From assembly GCA_028023455.1 (NCBI GenBank), contig JAQFVV010000006.1, positions 14,446,001-14,510,000 of the forward strand: DNA of 64,000 nt, given 5' to 3'. A program made the position numbers and the translations under genes. This DNA comes from Epiperipatus broadwayi. Lineage: Eukaryota; Animalia; Onychophora. Shown piece after piece: positions 12,058 to 24,897 of this stretch (positions within the stretch are counted from its first letter, which is position 1; each line of letters starts with the position of its first letter). A model generated the notes under the pieces. It was not told the origin of the DNA and ran no database searches. It was given only the letters and a program-made list of their open reading frames with translations.

Positions 12058-12572
12058 CAGGGACTTTCAGAGACATTGTGAAGCCCGGGGCAACTAATAT
12101 TTTAGAGACCCTTCAAAATTTAAATAAGAATGTGGGAAGAGAGAGAGAAAGAAACGAGTTTTTAATTACAGGGCCGAAAACAGGACTCAGGGAGCAGTTA
12201 ATTATGAGTTGCAGAAATGAGCAAGCAGATCAGATCCAGATAGCACTTGGATAGGGTAGATTCACTCTAGCACTGTTAGTATCGTAAAACACTGCTAGCA
12301 CAGAACTTACTGACAGGGGGCTGAGACTATTAGTCCTGCTGGTCACCGAGTGCTGCAGTCACTTTCATCGCAGAGTTGCTTGTTTTCGACTCATGACACG
12401 TGTGCTTGGAAAAATTTTCTCGAAGATTTTTTTTGGGAATTTAACTGTAAAATTAAGGCCATTCTATGAGCCGTGACATCGCTTAGCCTTCTATATTTTT
12501 GTTTAATATATTGAGTTGCCAGGTTGAGGCCCGGAGCAGTTGCCCCTCCTGTCCCCCTTCTTATTGGCCTTG
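12058..12572. mobile_element. Degenerate non-autonomous DNA element
   Basis: CAGGG...GCCCGGGGCAA left end and GGCCCGGAGCAGTTGCCCC...GGCCTTG right end, of the kind common in invertebrate MITEs. Confidence 0.35.
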
Positions 12573-12689
12573 CTAATATCTAAAAACCAATAAAGCATCA
12601 CAAGACTGTCGTGTTATTTCAGTTTACTCATTGCTATTTTAACAACGTACCTTCACATCTATCTCCATATCACTTACTGGAAGTTTCAG

Positions 12690-12895
12690 AAACTAATCGA
12701 TGCCAGATAGTGGTGCTTAATAAATCCCTATCCAATGCTGTCCTATTCAATATTCCCAGACTAGTTTCCCCCAGGACCAAGTGTACTATTCCAAAATCCA
12801 GAGCTCCTCACTGACAAAAGCCATAAGCTTGAATCTGAGGATATTGGAAAAGGCAGAACTGGGTAGGGCTTTAACAAGCAGTATCATCTTGCATC
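12690..12895. repeat. Truncated family A/B foldback with partial HHR motifs
   Basis: CCCAGACTAGTTTC (minus) near 12755-12768 and CTCCTCA-CTGACAA-AAGC-CATAA-GCTT-GAA (plus) near 12804-12833. Confidence 0.6.
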
Positions 12896-13306
12896 TAAAG
12901 CTGACAGTATCATAAAAGTGTAAAAAATATATATATACATAATAAAAAAAAAACAACTATTATAACTACTATCTATGCTAATTTACAGAGAAATCTTTAA
13001 TTTTTTTTTAAGTTAAGATAAAAATCATATGTAGGTTCGCTCTTAATCCAAAGGCAGTTTAATAAAACTAGGCGAGAGGATCAATCTAACAATTACTGGC
13101 CATTCTCTTAACGTAACATAGCATAGCATATCTATATCTAGGACTACATTGACTACATTATTATCATCAATAAGCATTTTATGCTATTAAGATGCATGTG
13201 AGAAATGGTAAAACATCATCGACAATGATAATTAAATATTATTGCTTGGTTATAGTATTCTACCTTTGGATAGATAACCCAAAGCGCGTTTTTTTTCTAT
13301 ACTTAC

Positions 13307-13385
13307 CAATGTTTCTGTAATAATACTCCCAGAAGCCGACCATGTGAACACTTCAATTTGACCCGGAGTGTCGAAAACAATGTAC
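13307..13385 (-). CDS. GPN1: GPN1 exon 6 ([26 protein letters not shown])
   Basis: 79 nt; DTPGQIE (G3) motif; GTAAGT donor. Confidence 0.96.
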
Positions 13386-13430
13386 CTAGAATTAACATAT
13401 AATCATTATTAGACACGATATAATAATAAT

Positions 13431-14995
13431 AATTATACATATGCGATTTTTTTTTACACATGTGTTAGTGAAGCTGTAATTATACTATAATGTTTAATAT
13501 GCCTGCTTAGCGCTTTCGAGATTTAGTATTCTAATCTCGTACTCATAACTTTACGAATGAAGACTGTTATAATTTATTGTACACATATGCAAATGATTGT
13601 ATGCGATGTCAATGAACTCTATGGCTCAATTAACAGAAAAATCTCCATTGTCATCATCAAAGATGAACTAAATAAGAAAAATTATCCAACAAAACGAATT
13701 GACTTTATAATAGAATTCTTGAAGTGGCTGGATAACAACATATTGGCTAAATTTGAAAACAAATGATATGTTATGAATGACGGATGGCCAATGGGACTAC
13801 CAATGAGTGGAATTGTTGCTAGTATCGTCATAAACCATTATGAGAGCCAAATTCTTGCTAGTATCGTCATAAACCATTATGAGAGCCAAATTCTTCCGAA
13901 ACACTTCACAACAGAACCAACTCTCATATACACTCGATATGTTGACGACATTTTTATACATTCGATATGGTGACAACATTTTTATCGCAGAAAAACCTTC
14001 CACCACTATTAACATACAAAATGAATTTCAAGCCATATCAGGATTAACCCTCAGTAAAATGGATGAAAACAAGGAACAAGAAATAAAATATCTAGACTTG
14101 ATAATAAAAAGAGAGAACATATACCTAGATTACAAAATGATAATTAAACTGCTGCACATAAGAGGTTACACAAGTCTAATACTCCCAACACATATAAATG
14201 GGCAAGTATGAATGCTTTCCTATTCAGAAATCACCATTTACGTAAATACACAGTGGATAGGAAAAACATCTATAAATATATAAAGGAAATGACCAACATA
14301 GGCATTAAACCCAGTACTATCCATCAGAGAATAAAAACATTTTATAGAAAACTCAATAATAAATAGCCTAAAGACAATATGAAATATTTAACTAAAAAAT
14401 TGACTAATGATTTCAAATTTAGCTTCAGAACATCTCCTAACACTAACCGACTAATAAATAATTCCAAAGATAAAATAGAAAAAGATCAAGCCCCTCATGT
14501 GGTCTATAAAATAGCATGCCCTCAATTAGGCTGCCAGGCATCTTACTACGGTGAGACTCAGGCTAACATCAACACAAGAATTTACCAACACAGGTATGCA
14601 TACAACAGGGTTAAAAATAAAAATGAAGGAACATCAATCTTCTGGAACCACCAAGCAGCTACAGGCCATGTGTTCGAACCCAGTTCTGCCCAAATAATTT
14701 GCTCAGACAAAAATGATGCCAAAAAAAAGGTCAAAGAAGCTTTTTACATAGCAAATGATTTCAGTGCCATTACTAGAAAAGAGGCATGCTTTGCTCTCTC
14801 CAAACAATGGACTAACTAATTAAAAATTCAAGCTCATTTTCATTTGTGTACAATAAATTACAACAGTCTTCATCGTAAAGCTACGAGTATGAGATTAGAA
14901 TACTAAATCTCGAAAGCACTAAGCAGGCATATTAAACATTATAGTATAATTACAGCTTCACTAACGCATGCAAAAAAAATCGCATGTGTATAATT
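13431..14995 (+). mobile_element. Penelope-like element, 5'-truncated and frameshifted (RT plus GIY-YIG), flanked by inverted pLTRs
   Basis: MNDGWPMGLPMSGIVA..YTRYVDDIF (RT); VVYKIACP..YYGET..TRIYQH..KEAFYI (GIY-YIG with CCHH spacing); ~165-bp inverted arms 13431-13595 and 14836-14995; internal 39-bp tandem duplication. Confidence 0.92.
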
Positions 14996-16121
14996 ACAAT
15001 TTTTAGTGGTGTGAAGAGAAAAACAATTTAATAATATTAATAATGTATCTTAAAATGAATAAGCAAAGCTAATATATTAATGAATTTGACATTTAATGCA
15101 AAATATTAATGACAATTAAATTGGTGATATAGCATCCTAAGATTAATCTCACTAATTTCAATGCTTATTCATATGTCAGGCGTGATTAAGAACTACTGGG
15201 CTATCATTTAACGACGTTTATCAATGCACTTTACAGAATTTGAATGCTTTTATAAAAAATTTCAAAGCATACTTTGAATTGCCTTTGTGACCCTCTGTCA
15301 TTACTTAAGATAAAAGTGAGGTCTAAAAAAGTTACTAGCCAAGGGTCATATGTATGTAAGTACATAAGCAAGATTCAAAATCTCGGGGGGGGGGGGGAAT
15401 TCAGATTACTAGTCTGATAATATGAAAAAGTTAACGGTGGTTAATAGATGTGTAAGTGCACTATGTCCAGCTTTAAATTGAAACTAATTTGCTAACACAA
15501 TAGTGCTGCCACCCAATGTCTGGTGATTACTCAGGTCTGTAATAGATGGCTGTGGAAAGGAATGAAAATAATTCTGAAAAAGTTACTTTCGATTCGATAA
15601 TTATTAAATAATTAATAATATAACTACTTTGAATATGGATATGTTTTGGTAGAGATAAAACTAATACAGAAAAATATGATTTGTTGATTCATCCATAAAA
15701 TGGAAGTAATGCTTAATATATCTAAACATCGTCACATTCTCCAAATGATTCCGAGAAACAGCATATGGATGCTTTAAAATGCTGGAGAATTATAATGAAG
15801 AATAAGAGACATATGATTAAATTAAACTTCATTTAAATGGAAACATCATTATTTCAAGAAGGAACAAAGATTACTAGATTAAATAGATCATAATTATAAA
15901 TTAGTTCAAGCATGTTGAAAAGGCAAAAATTAATATTTGCCAAAAAGAGCGTTTAGGTATATGATTTTAATCATTATATATATTATTGCTTTTATATAAA
16001 GATATTCTATATTATATCATATGATTTATTTAGGTTAATAGTGCATCTATAGTAAAACATTTAATTTGCATCCAGCTATTGATCAGTATTTTCTATGATT
16101 ATACGAGTTTGATAATATAGT

Positions 16122-16677
16122 GGCAACTCCATACAGTGGTGCCACCCAGTGTAAGCCTTAATAATCAATATATGCAAGAAAGTTTATACATAAAATCCCT
16201 ATCTAGTGCTATGCATCCAATATCCCCAAACTAGTTTCTAGCTTGTGGTCCTCATCAGTGGGAGCCTTGGATCTGAGAACCCTGCACCAAGACCTTAGGA
16301 TCGAATGCAACTCTCCAGCAACCACCTTTTAACTATTAGTTAACTGTAAAGCTACGAGCCCAAGATAAACATAATGTTTTCAATCCAAGCTCTTTTGCTT
16401 GTATAGTCATAGATCCAAACCCAGTTCATTTGGGTGTCTTTGGTTTTTTAAAAACCAGTCACTATTGTCCTATTGGCAGGAGGGTTGCATTAAATTTCTA
16501 AGATCTAGATACTGTGCTCTCAGATCCAAGACTCTCACTGATGAAAGCCACAAGCTAGAAACTAATCTGGAGATATGTAGGCACGGGATAAGGATTTTAT
16601 GCATAAACTTTCTGGCATTCATTAACTACTAAGACTTGCACTGGGTGGCACTACTGTATGGAGTTGGCTACTGCATC
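16122..16677. mobile_element. HHR family A foldback copy
   Basis: Minus arm with HHR at 16223-16264 and plus arm with HHR at 16533-16573; ends CTCCATACAG../..CTGTATGGAG. Confidence 0.85.
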
Positions 16678-18958
16678 CAGCTAATTATATGTAGTGAAAA
16701 AATAAGATTGCTGTTTGAATTCACAATCAGCCAATTAGAGATGGCTACAGGCACATTTGGGACTATATGAGTGCTCGCACAATTATTACGTAAATAAGCA
16801 TCTTGCAATCTATAACACCCAATGCACATGGTTCAGCAATCGTGGAATTATATTTTGCAATGAGAAATGTTTTGGATGATTAACAATTACACAGTCTTTT
16901 AGATAGAACAATCTATTCTGATCTTCTGTAGAATAGCTTTTGCTGCCTTATTCACTATCTGATTTATCCTTGCATGGAACGATATTCTAATAAAAACTGA
17001 AGGTTGTCTCCGTCCTCTTATAAGAGACTAAGAAATTTGAATTCAGATTGGCTTGTAGATGTTGAGATACCCAGAATCATTCTGATAAACAACTCCTTTG
17101 TGGTATATCGTAAACTGTCAAAAAAGATCTGCGAGCATTAAAGTTATTATTATTCAAGCACAGGAGATCTTAATCTTATAATTTCAAGAAAATAAAAGCA
17201 ATCCATCATACAACTTCAGAAATTGCCACATTCTAATACAAAAAAAATCTGGAATCGTGAACAAAATTTATCTAAGACACTAAAGATAATTTATAACAGT
17301 GTGCCATATCTATAAAAATCCTTAAACACAGATCTCGGCAAATTTAATTAAAATGAATACTTCTTAATGTTAACTAGAAGTTGTTGTTTATTTAATTATT
17401 ATTTTTTTAATCTTAGATTATTAAAAAGTCTTTTAATTTTAACTTTTTATGAATAAGATAAAGATTTGGAATAAGGAAGTAGTGATTATATAGACAGAAG
17501 ATATTTTTTTGGTCCTTATCTTAATGATAACGAAGTTTGAATTACAAAATTAGGATAATGCTGGAAACCAGTAAGAAAATGATAAATCAAAAGAAGAAAC
17601 GTCTTTGAAAGCAAACGTCAATAGATTAAGAAACGAGCTTTATTTTTCTTAAAATGTGGAAAGACCTTGGCAAGCAGTTTTTTTTTTTTAATTATTCATT
17701 AGATTAGCTAATTTATCCAATAATGATTAATATTTCTGTAGTTTAGTGAGAGTGGCGTCGTAAAAATTTCACTACAGAAATATTAGTCAATACTGAATAA
17801 TTTCTAGTTCAATGAATTCATTAAATGATTTGAGTCAAAGTTGTGAGGATAGCACATTTGATACATCAATTAAACTGTAGTAATTTGCTATCTGTATATA
17901 TAATGAACAAGAGATTATGGTCTGCGCCAAATGACAAGTGCTGGTTCGCATGAAATGTGCATCTTGTGGATCATAGATCTTTTTCACAGGTCTTTGGTCA
18001 TATGTTAATGATTACATCCCTCCACAAGGTGTTAAGAGCAAATAGAAATCAGCCCCTATCTTGCATGAGAGTGGTATAATGAAAATGAGACTACAGAAAT
18101 ATTATTCACCTTGCAAGCAGGTTTTTATTTTTTAAATTAGATGTGACTATAAATGGATTAATATTAACAGATGATAGCCAAAGAGCTAGAGATTTTTGGT
18201 TCATTTGCGAGATTAAAAAATATGAGTTTAGCTTACTGAAAGAAACTGTTGCATTCTGCTCATCATTTTGATACTTTTACGTATGATTTACCATGAGACA
18301 GTCATATGATTTATTTACTATTAAGAACAGCATTCTGCTATCTCCTATCTATGAATTAACAAACATATAGCATAAATTAAGTTATATTTTGAATTATATA
18401 TTCACGTGTGATATTGCTCGGGAATCATGTGACCTCCAAACAACAAGAATGATTGATGGGCTTAGCACGATATTTTCAATCAACAGATCCATGATCTTGA
18501 GTTCACTACTCTAATCCAAACATCTGAAGGCATATTTATAATGATACCACAACATTTATGGGTTACTTTTTAACGATAAAGTAATTAGAATTATTTTGAG
18601 AGCAACAAGATTAATAGTGATAATAATAATTTTAAAAATCATACATCAAAATAAATTCATTATATGAAAGTTAAAGGTAAAAAGAAAATATGTTCAAAAT
18701 CAAATAACTATACTTTATTTATTTAGTATAGTTGATATATAGCCTTAACAATAGTAAATTTTTTTTAATATGTTTATGTATTTTTTTAATAATCAAATTG
18801 CCATTTTTTGTAATTATTCTTGAACGGCACCTAAGAATATTCAAGGCTGCTGGATTGTAATGGCTGAAATTGTGATTTTTTGTTCTTGAAATTGTGATTT
18901 TTTTGTTCTTACTACCACTGATTTAGAAGATTCATGCCAGCATTAAGAGCATTGACCA

Positions 18959-21153
18959 GATCTATATGGCTCAATTCTAAATTCATCCATATAAGCTTGA
19001 GTAATCATTGGACATCGAATGGCAATACCAACCAGACCCCAAATGAGTATCTGATTAGATCATACATATTCACGATCTATATGGCTCAATTCTAAATTCA
19101 TCTATGTAAGCTTGAGTAATCATTGGACATCAAATGGCAGTACCAACCAGACCCCCAAACAAGTATCTAACTAGATCATACATATTCACAATCTATATGG
19201 CTCAATTCTAAATTCATCCATGTAAGCTTGAGTAATCATTGGACATCAAACAGCAGTACCAACCAGACCCCAGATGAGTATCTGATTAGATCATACATAT
19301 TCATGATCTATATGGCTCAATTCTAAATTCATTTATGTAAGCTTGAGTAATCATTGGACATCAAATGGCAGTACCAACCAGACCCCCAAACAAGTATCTA
19401 ACTAGATCATACATATTCACGATCTATATGGCTCAATTCTAAATTCATCTATGTAAGCTTGAGTAATCATTGGACATCGAATGGCAGTACCAACCAGACT
19501 CCCAAACGAGTATCCGACTAAATAATACCTATTCACGATCTATATGGCTCAATTCTAAATTCATCCATGTAAGCTTGAGTAATCATTGGACATTGAATGG
19601 CAGTACCAACCAGACTCCCAAACGAGTATCCGACTAAATAATACCTATTCACAATCTATATGGCTCAATTCTGAATTCATCCATGTAAGCTTGAGTAATC
19701 ATTGGACATTGAATGGCAGTACCAACCAGACTCCCAAATGAGTATCTGATTAGATCATACATATTCATGATCTATATGGCTCAATTCTAAATTCATCTAT
19801 GTAAGCTTAAGTAATCATTGGACATCAAATGGCAGTACCAACCAGACTCCCAAACGAGTATCTAACTAGATCATACATATTCACGATCTATATGGCTCAA
19901 TTCTAAATTCATCCATGTAAGCTTGAGTAATCATTGGAAATCGAATGGCAGTACCAACCAGACTCCCAAACGAGTATCCGACTAAATAATACCTATTCAC
20001 GATCTATACGGCTCAATTCTAAATTCATCTATGTAAGCTTGAGTAATCATTGGAAATCAAATGGCAGTACCAACCAGACCCCCAAACAAGTATCTAACTA
20101 GATCATACATATTCACAATCTATATGGCTCAATTCTAAATTCATCTATGTAAGCTTGAGTAATCAATGGACATCAAATGGCAGTACCAACCAGACCCCAA
20201 ATGAGTATCTGATTAGATCATACATATTCATGATCTATATGGCTCAATTCTAAATTCATCTATGTAAGCTTGAGTAATCATTGGACATCAAATGGCAGTA
20301 CCAACCAGACCCCAAATGAGTATCTGATTAAATCATACATATTCATGATCTATATGGCTCAATTCTAAATTCATCTATGTAAGCTTAAGTAATCATTGGA
20401 CATCAAATGGCAGTACCAACCAGACCCCCAAACAAGTATCTAACTAGATCATACATATTCACAATCTACATGGCTCAATTCTAAATTCATCTATGTAAGC
20501 TTGAGTAATCATTGGACATCAAATGGCAGTACCAACCAGACCCCAAATGAGTATCTGATTAAATCATACATATTCATGATCTATATGGCTCAATTCTAAA
20601 TTCATCTATGTAAGCTTAAGTAATCACTGGACATCAAATGGCAGTACCAACCAGACCCCAAATGAGTATCTGATTAGATCATACATATTCACGATCTATA
20701 TGGCTCAATTCTAAATTCATCTACGTAAGCTTGAGTAATCATCGGACATCAAATGGCAAGTACCAACAAGACCCCCAAAGGAGTATCCGACTAGATCATA
20801 CATATTCATGATCTATGTGGCTCTAATTCATCTATGTAAGCTTGAGTAATCATTGGACATCAAATGGCAGTACCAACCAGACACCCAAATGAATATCTGA
20901 CTAGATCATACATATTCATGATCTATGTGGCTTAATTCTAAATTCATCTACATAAGCTTGAGTAATCATTGGACATCAAATGGCAGTACCAACCAGACCC
21001 CCAAAGGAGTATCTGACTAGATCATACATATTCATGATCTACATAGCTCAATTCTCTAAATTCATCTATGTAAATTTGAATAATCATTGGACATCGAATG
21101 CCAGTACCAACCAGATCCCCATAAGAATATCTGACTAGATCATATATATTCAC
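18959..21153. repeat. Tandem array of 19 copies of a ~115-116-bp monomer
   Basis: GATCTATATGGCTCAATTCTAAATTCATC...CATACATATTCAC; unit starts 18959, 19074, 19190 ... 21036. Confidence 0.97.
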
Positions 21154-21819
21154 CCAGAAAATGCTTTGACCACTTTTATTATTATTTAAGCTAATAATGT
21201 AAAAGTTTTATATCCCGCTTTATTTCAATGTCATCCTTTTTGCCAGAGGTGATTACTATAGCATATAACTAAGATCACTAAAATATACAGTTCCTGACTA
21301 ATTTCAGACTTAAATAAGTAAGCAAGATGGATTAGGTTCAAAATCTGAAGATATTTAAAGCTTTCTAGCTATTAACTAAAATAAAGATGGCTGCTGGATG
21401 GATATGAATAACCAACGCTCCTCATTAATGAAGGCCAATAGCCAAAAATTAGCTTGAGACCTAGCATCTGGTATTCACTCATTATATAGGTAACTCTGCA
21501 TTGAATAAGTGTTGTCAGTGCAGATGTTAAATATATGCTAGAAATGTCACGTGATATTTTGCTTCTGGTATAAGATTTATGTTTAAAATCTGTTTTACGG
21601 CTTTTCTATTTTACAAATTTTTTTTTTTTTATACAAACCGCAGGAATATAAACAAATTTTATTTCTCAGCAAAGCTATATTAATTACCATAAAAATATTA
21701 TGAAAATATTTCTAACTTTTAAGACAAATCTTATCAAATTCAAAGAAATATGTAAGCTAACTTCTTAATTTAATAGAAGTGGTACATTACAACATGATAA
21801 TTGAATTATATAAATTTAC

Positions 21820-21857
21820 CTGAAATCTGAAGCTCGTTTGCCTAAAAACGTCATAAC
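21820..21857 (-). CDS. GPN1: GPN1 exon 5 (VMTFLGKRASDFR)
   Basis: 38 nt, polyT-AG acceptor, GTAAAT donor; phases fit exons 4 and 6. Confidence 0.88.
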
Positions 21858-22729
21858 CTAAAAAAAGATATTACCATCATAAGTTTCTAATTCAAAATTT
21901 TAAATAGATACAGAAGTATAATAAAATGAAATCACGCTATTAACTTTACCCAAAGCCATGTATTGCAAATTTGAGCAATCAACGGATACTAGATGGTAAG
22001 GCTATATACACACTCACAGACAATTTTTCGGATATATCTTTAGTGACTAAAATATAGATTTGAACACAGACTTAACTAACCGCACTATCTCATACCACTG
22101 ATACACATGACCACACTCATATAGAAAAGATATTTCATGCTAAACCAACACTCATCAGTTGGTCCAGATTATCATCTCTCACACACACATATATAAACAG
22201 TAGTCAGTATATTTACAATTAAGCTCTAGTTATGTGAAGTATGCCTGTATTTCAAATCTTTACTGATTACTAAAATTTACAGTAGATGGCTCTGGAATAA
22301 AGAAAAATTACTACTAAAAGCATATGAGAATTTAAATAACGAAAGCCATGTAATGTTTAATTAGTGTAAAATATTAAAATCATCACTGCATACAATTTAT
22401 ACAGAATTATTTTTTATCACCCCCCCCCCCCCGATTATTTTGTCCAAATTACATACTATTACATCAAGGCTATAGTATGAACGGCTCTAATATCTTCCGT
22501 AAAAGAAAAAAGTAAAAACTGCAATGAGGTAGACTTCATAATAATGTTAACAATTTAAAGAATGTTCTTAAACTTTATAAAAGGTCATAATTCACAGCAT
22601 TTGTGCTGGGTATGATGGGAGCATGACAATTTTATTATAAACAATGGTTACGCTCCCTGAAAGATTCCAATGAAGAATGAGTTTGTATAATCAAGAAAAC
22701 CAATATAGCAATTTAACAAGACAAAAGTT

Positions 22730-22945
22730 AGCAAACTCTCCATATGACAGTGCTACCAAGTACAAGCCTTTGTACTCAATAGGTGCAAGAAGGTTTGTGC
22801 TGATCTTCACTGATAAAAGTCACAAACTAGAAACTAGTCTGGGGATATTGGATGAGTAGGCACTAGATAGGGATTTTATGCACAAGCCTTCTTGCATCCA
22901 TTGATTAAGAAGGCTTGCCCTTAGTGGAACGTGTATGGAGAGTTT
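22730..22945. mobile_element. HHR family A short foldback
   Basis: Minus fragment CAAACTCTCCATA... then plus HHR CTTCA-CTGATAA-AAGT-CACAA-ACTA-GAA-ACTAGT-C-TGGGGA at 22805-22845. Confidence 0.8.
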
Positions 22946-23673
22946 TCTAATGTTATTAATAGCCTGAATAAGCATATAAAATGGTGATCACATTATGTTT
23001 CGATAAATTAACAAGATCTTTGTCCTTTGATCAGTAATAGGATATTAGTCATCAAAAGTTGCCATAAGTCAAATAAGCAAACATAATATAGTTAGACAGC
23101 TGTTTTAGTTATCAACATGCAAAAGATATAATCATAGAAGGCTATATGACAAGCAAACACAGTAGTAATGATTACAGCTATTTTGACTTCAGCGGCAAAA
23201 AAAAACTTAAGATAAAAAGAAAAACAAATAATAAACAATTAGAAAACAAAGAAGTAAGCGTGTAATTAAAGGATGGAGAGTCAACAATTACCACTATCAC
23301 AATTAGTGTGAAGAAAATGATCAGTAGTAACAGACACACAATGGCTGGATCCAGTATTAACCTAAGTAATCGAAGACAATAAGTAAAAGAAAATGGAGAG
23401 AAAGAATAATAGCAATTAACTACAAATGTTTACAATTTAGCTGGTATTCGAGCCAAGATTTTCCCACGTTGTTTCTTCTGAAAACAATAAACAACACTGT
23501 TTATTGCTGTATCAATTACATAATAGCTAAAAGAGTCCCCAACCAACCACCAACGAAATAGAAAGCTTATTATTGCTTTAAATCATATAAGAACAATTTA
23601 TTTTAAGGGTAAGTAATGTATTTAGCTCAACTTCATATCAATATTTTACAGACACAGTGTTATTTTACAGTTA

Positions 23674-24897
23674 CGAGAACGAGTCAAAAATTGATCTGTA
23701 TTCTGGTTAGATTGAAACTTCTGTTGGCCACAGTGTCATATCAGCACTTTTTGTATGATGTCACTTCCTTCCCAATCCTGTACAGTTTCAAGTGCTACAT
23801 CAGTTTAAACATGACTACAATGTGAGAAATAATAGCTGCCCCATTTGTGATTTGCTTGAAAGAAGAGCAGTGTGCAGGGGTTCATTTTTAGTAGTTTGAG
23901 GGCGAGCCTGGTGCTGATAGTTATCGGAGACTTTGCGCACAGAACTGAGAAAATGTTTGCAAAGAAGTGTGAATGAAGGGATAGAGATAGAGAAGTTCAA
24001 AGAAAATCATATAAATATCACCCCTGAGGGAGCCAGATGCCTGCCCACGTCCACGATTGATAACAATGAGCAAGCACATGGACCGATTCTGTTGAACAGA
24101 CAAGTAACAGAGGATTGTAGTAAATCACTTGCAAACCACCATGACCCTGCTGCCTATGTAACAGACTTGAGTTATGAAAAAATTTATGAGAGATGGATGT
24201 CAAAACAACTCACGGAAGAGCACAAACAGAAGTATATGGATATCAGTAAAAAAAATTTGGACTGATATTCTAAGGAAAGTGAAAGTTTCTTAAAAAGAAT
24301 CATTACTGATAACTAGATATGGATTCATCATAATGAGCTTGAAGTAAAAAACAGACATTCTCAATCACTGGCCAAGAAATAGTTCAAAAATCAACCATCA
24401 GATAGAAAATTGATGATTATGGTTTTCGAGGATTCTCAAGAACCAATATTAGAACATTAACAGAAAAAGATTCAACAATCAACAGTGCTTATTACAATGA
24501 AATGCTCAATGAAATCTAAAATTTAAAGACAAAACAAGGTGTTGTGTTCCTGCATGACAATGCACATCTGCGCACCACTTCTCATTGTTGACACTGCAAA
24601 AAAAACTTCATTTTGAGAAGTTGGAGCATCTTCCCTATAGGCCAGATCTTGCTCCATTAGCCAATCACCTGTTTGGTCTCTGGAAAGAACTTCTACAAAA
24701 ATGAAGATTCAGGCTGATGAAGACAAAGATGCATTTATGACTTGAAACTCAATTCAAAAATTTTTTAATGAGGAAAATACAAAAGTTTGTTAATCGATGG
24801 CCAAAATGCATTGAAACAGGGAGCTTGTTGTCTTTTCTGAAATTTGATTAAAATAAATTCTTCAGTCAGAGTGTGGATAATTTTTGATTCATCCTCG
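23674..24897 (+). mobile_element. Mariner transposon with decayed transposase
   Basis: TIRs CGAGAACGAGTCAAAAATT / TTTTTGATTCATCCTCG with TA TSDs; RWMSKQLTEEHK, RIITD..WIHH, FLHDNA, HLPYRPDLAP motifs with stops. Confidence 0.9.

Noticed and set aside
16122-16677. Family A as a classical MITE with long TIRs
   Set aside because: Arm lengths and junctions differ between loci, direct-repeat copies exist and no consistent TSD was seen
18959-21153. CRISPR array
   Set aside because: Whole units are repeated with no unique spacers, the context is a spliceosomal intron, and there are no cas genes
18959-21153. Active hammerhead in each array monomer
   Set aside because: CUGANGA is absent on both strands and GAAA reads GATA; only a remnant is supportable
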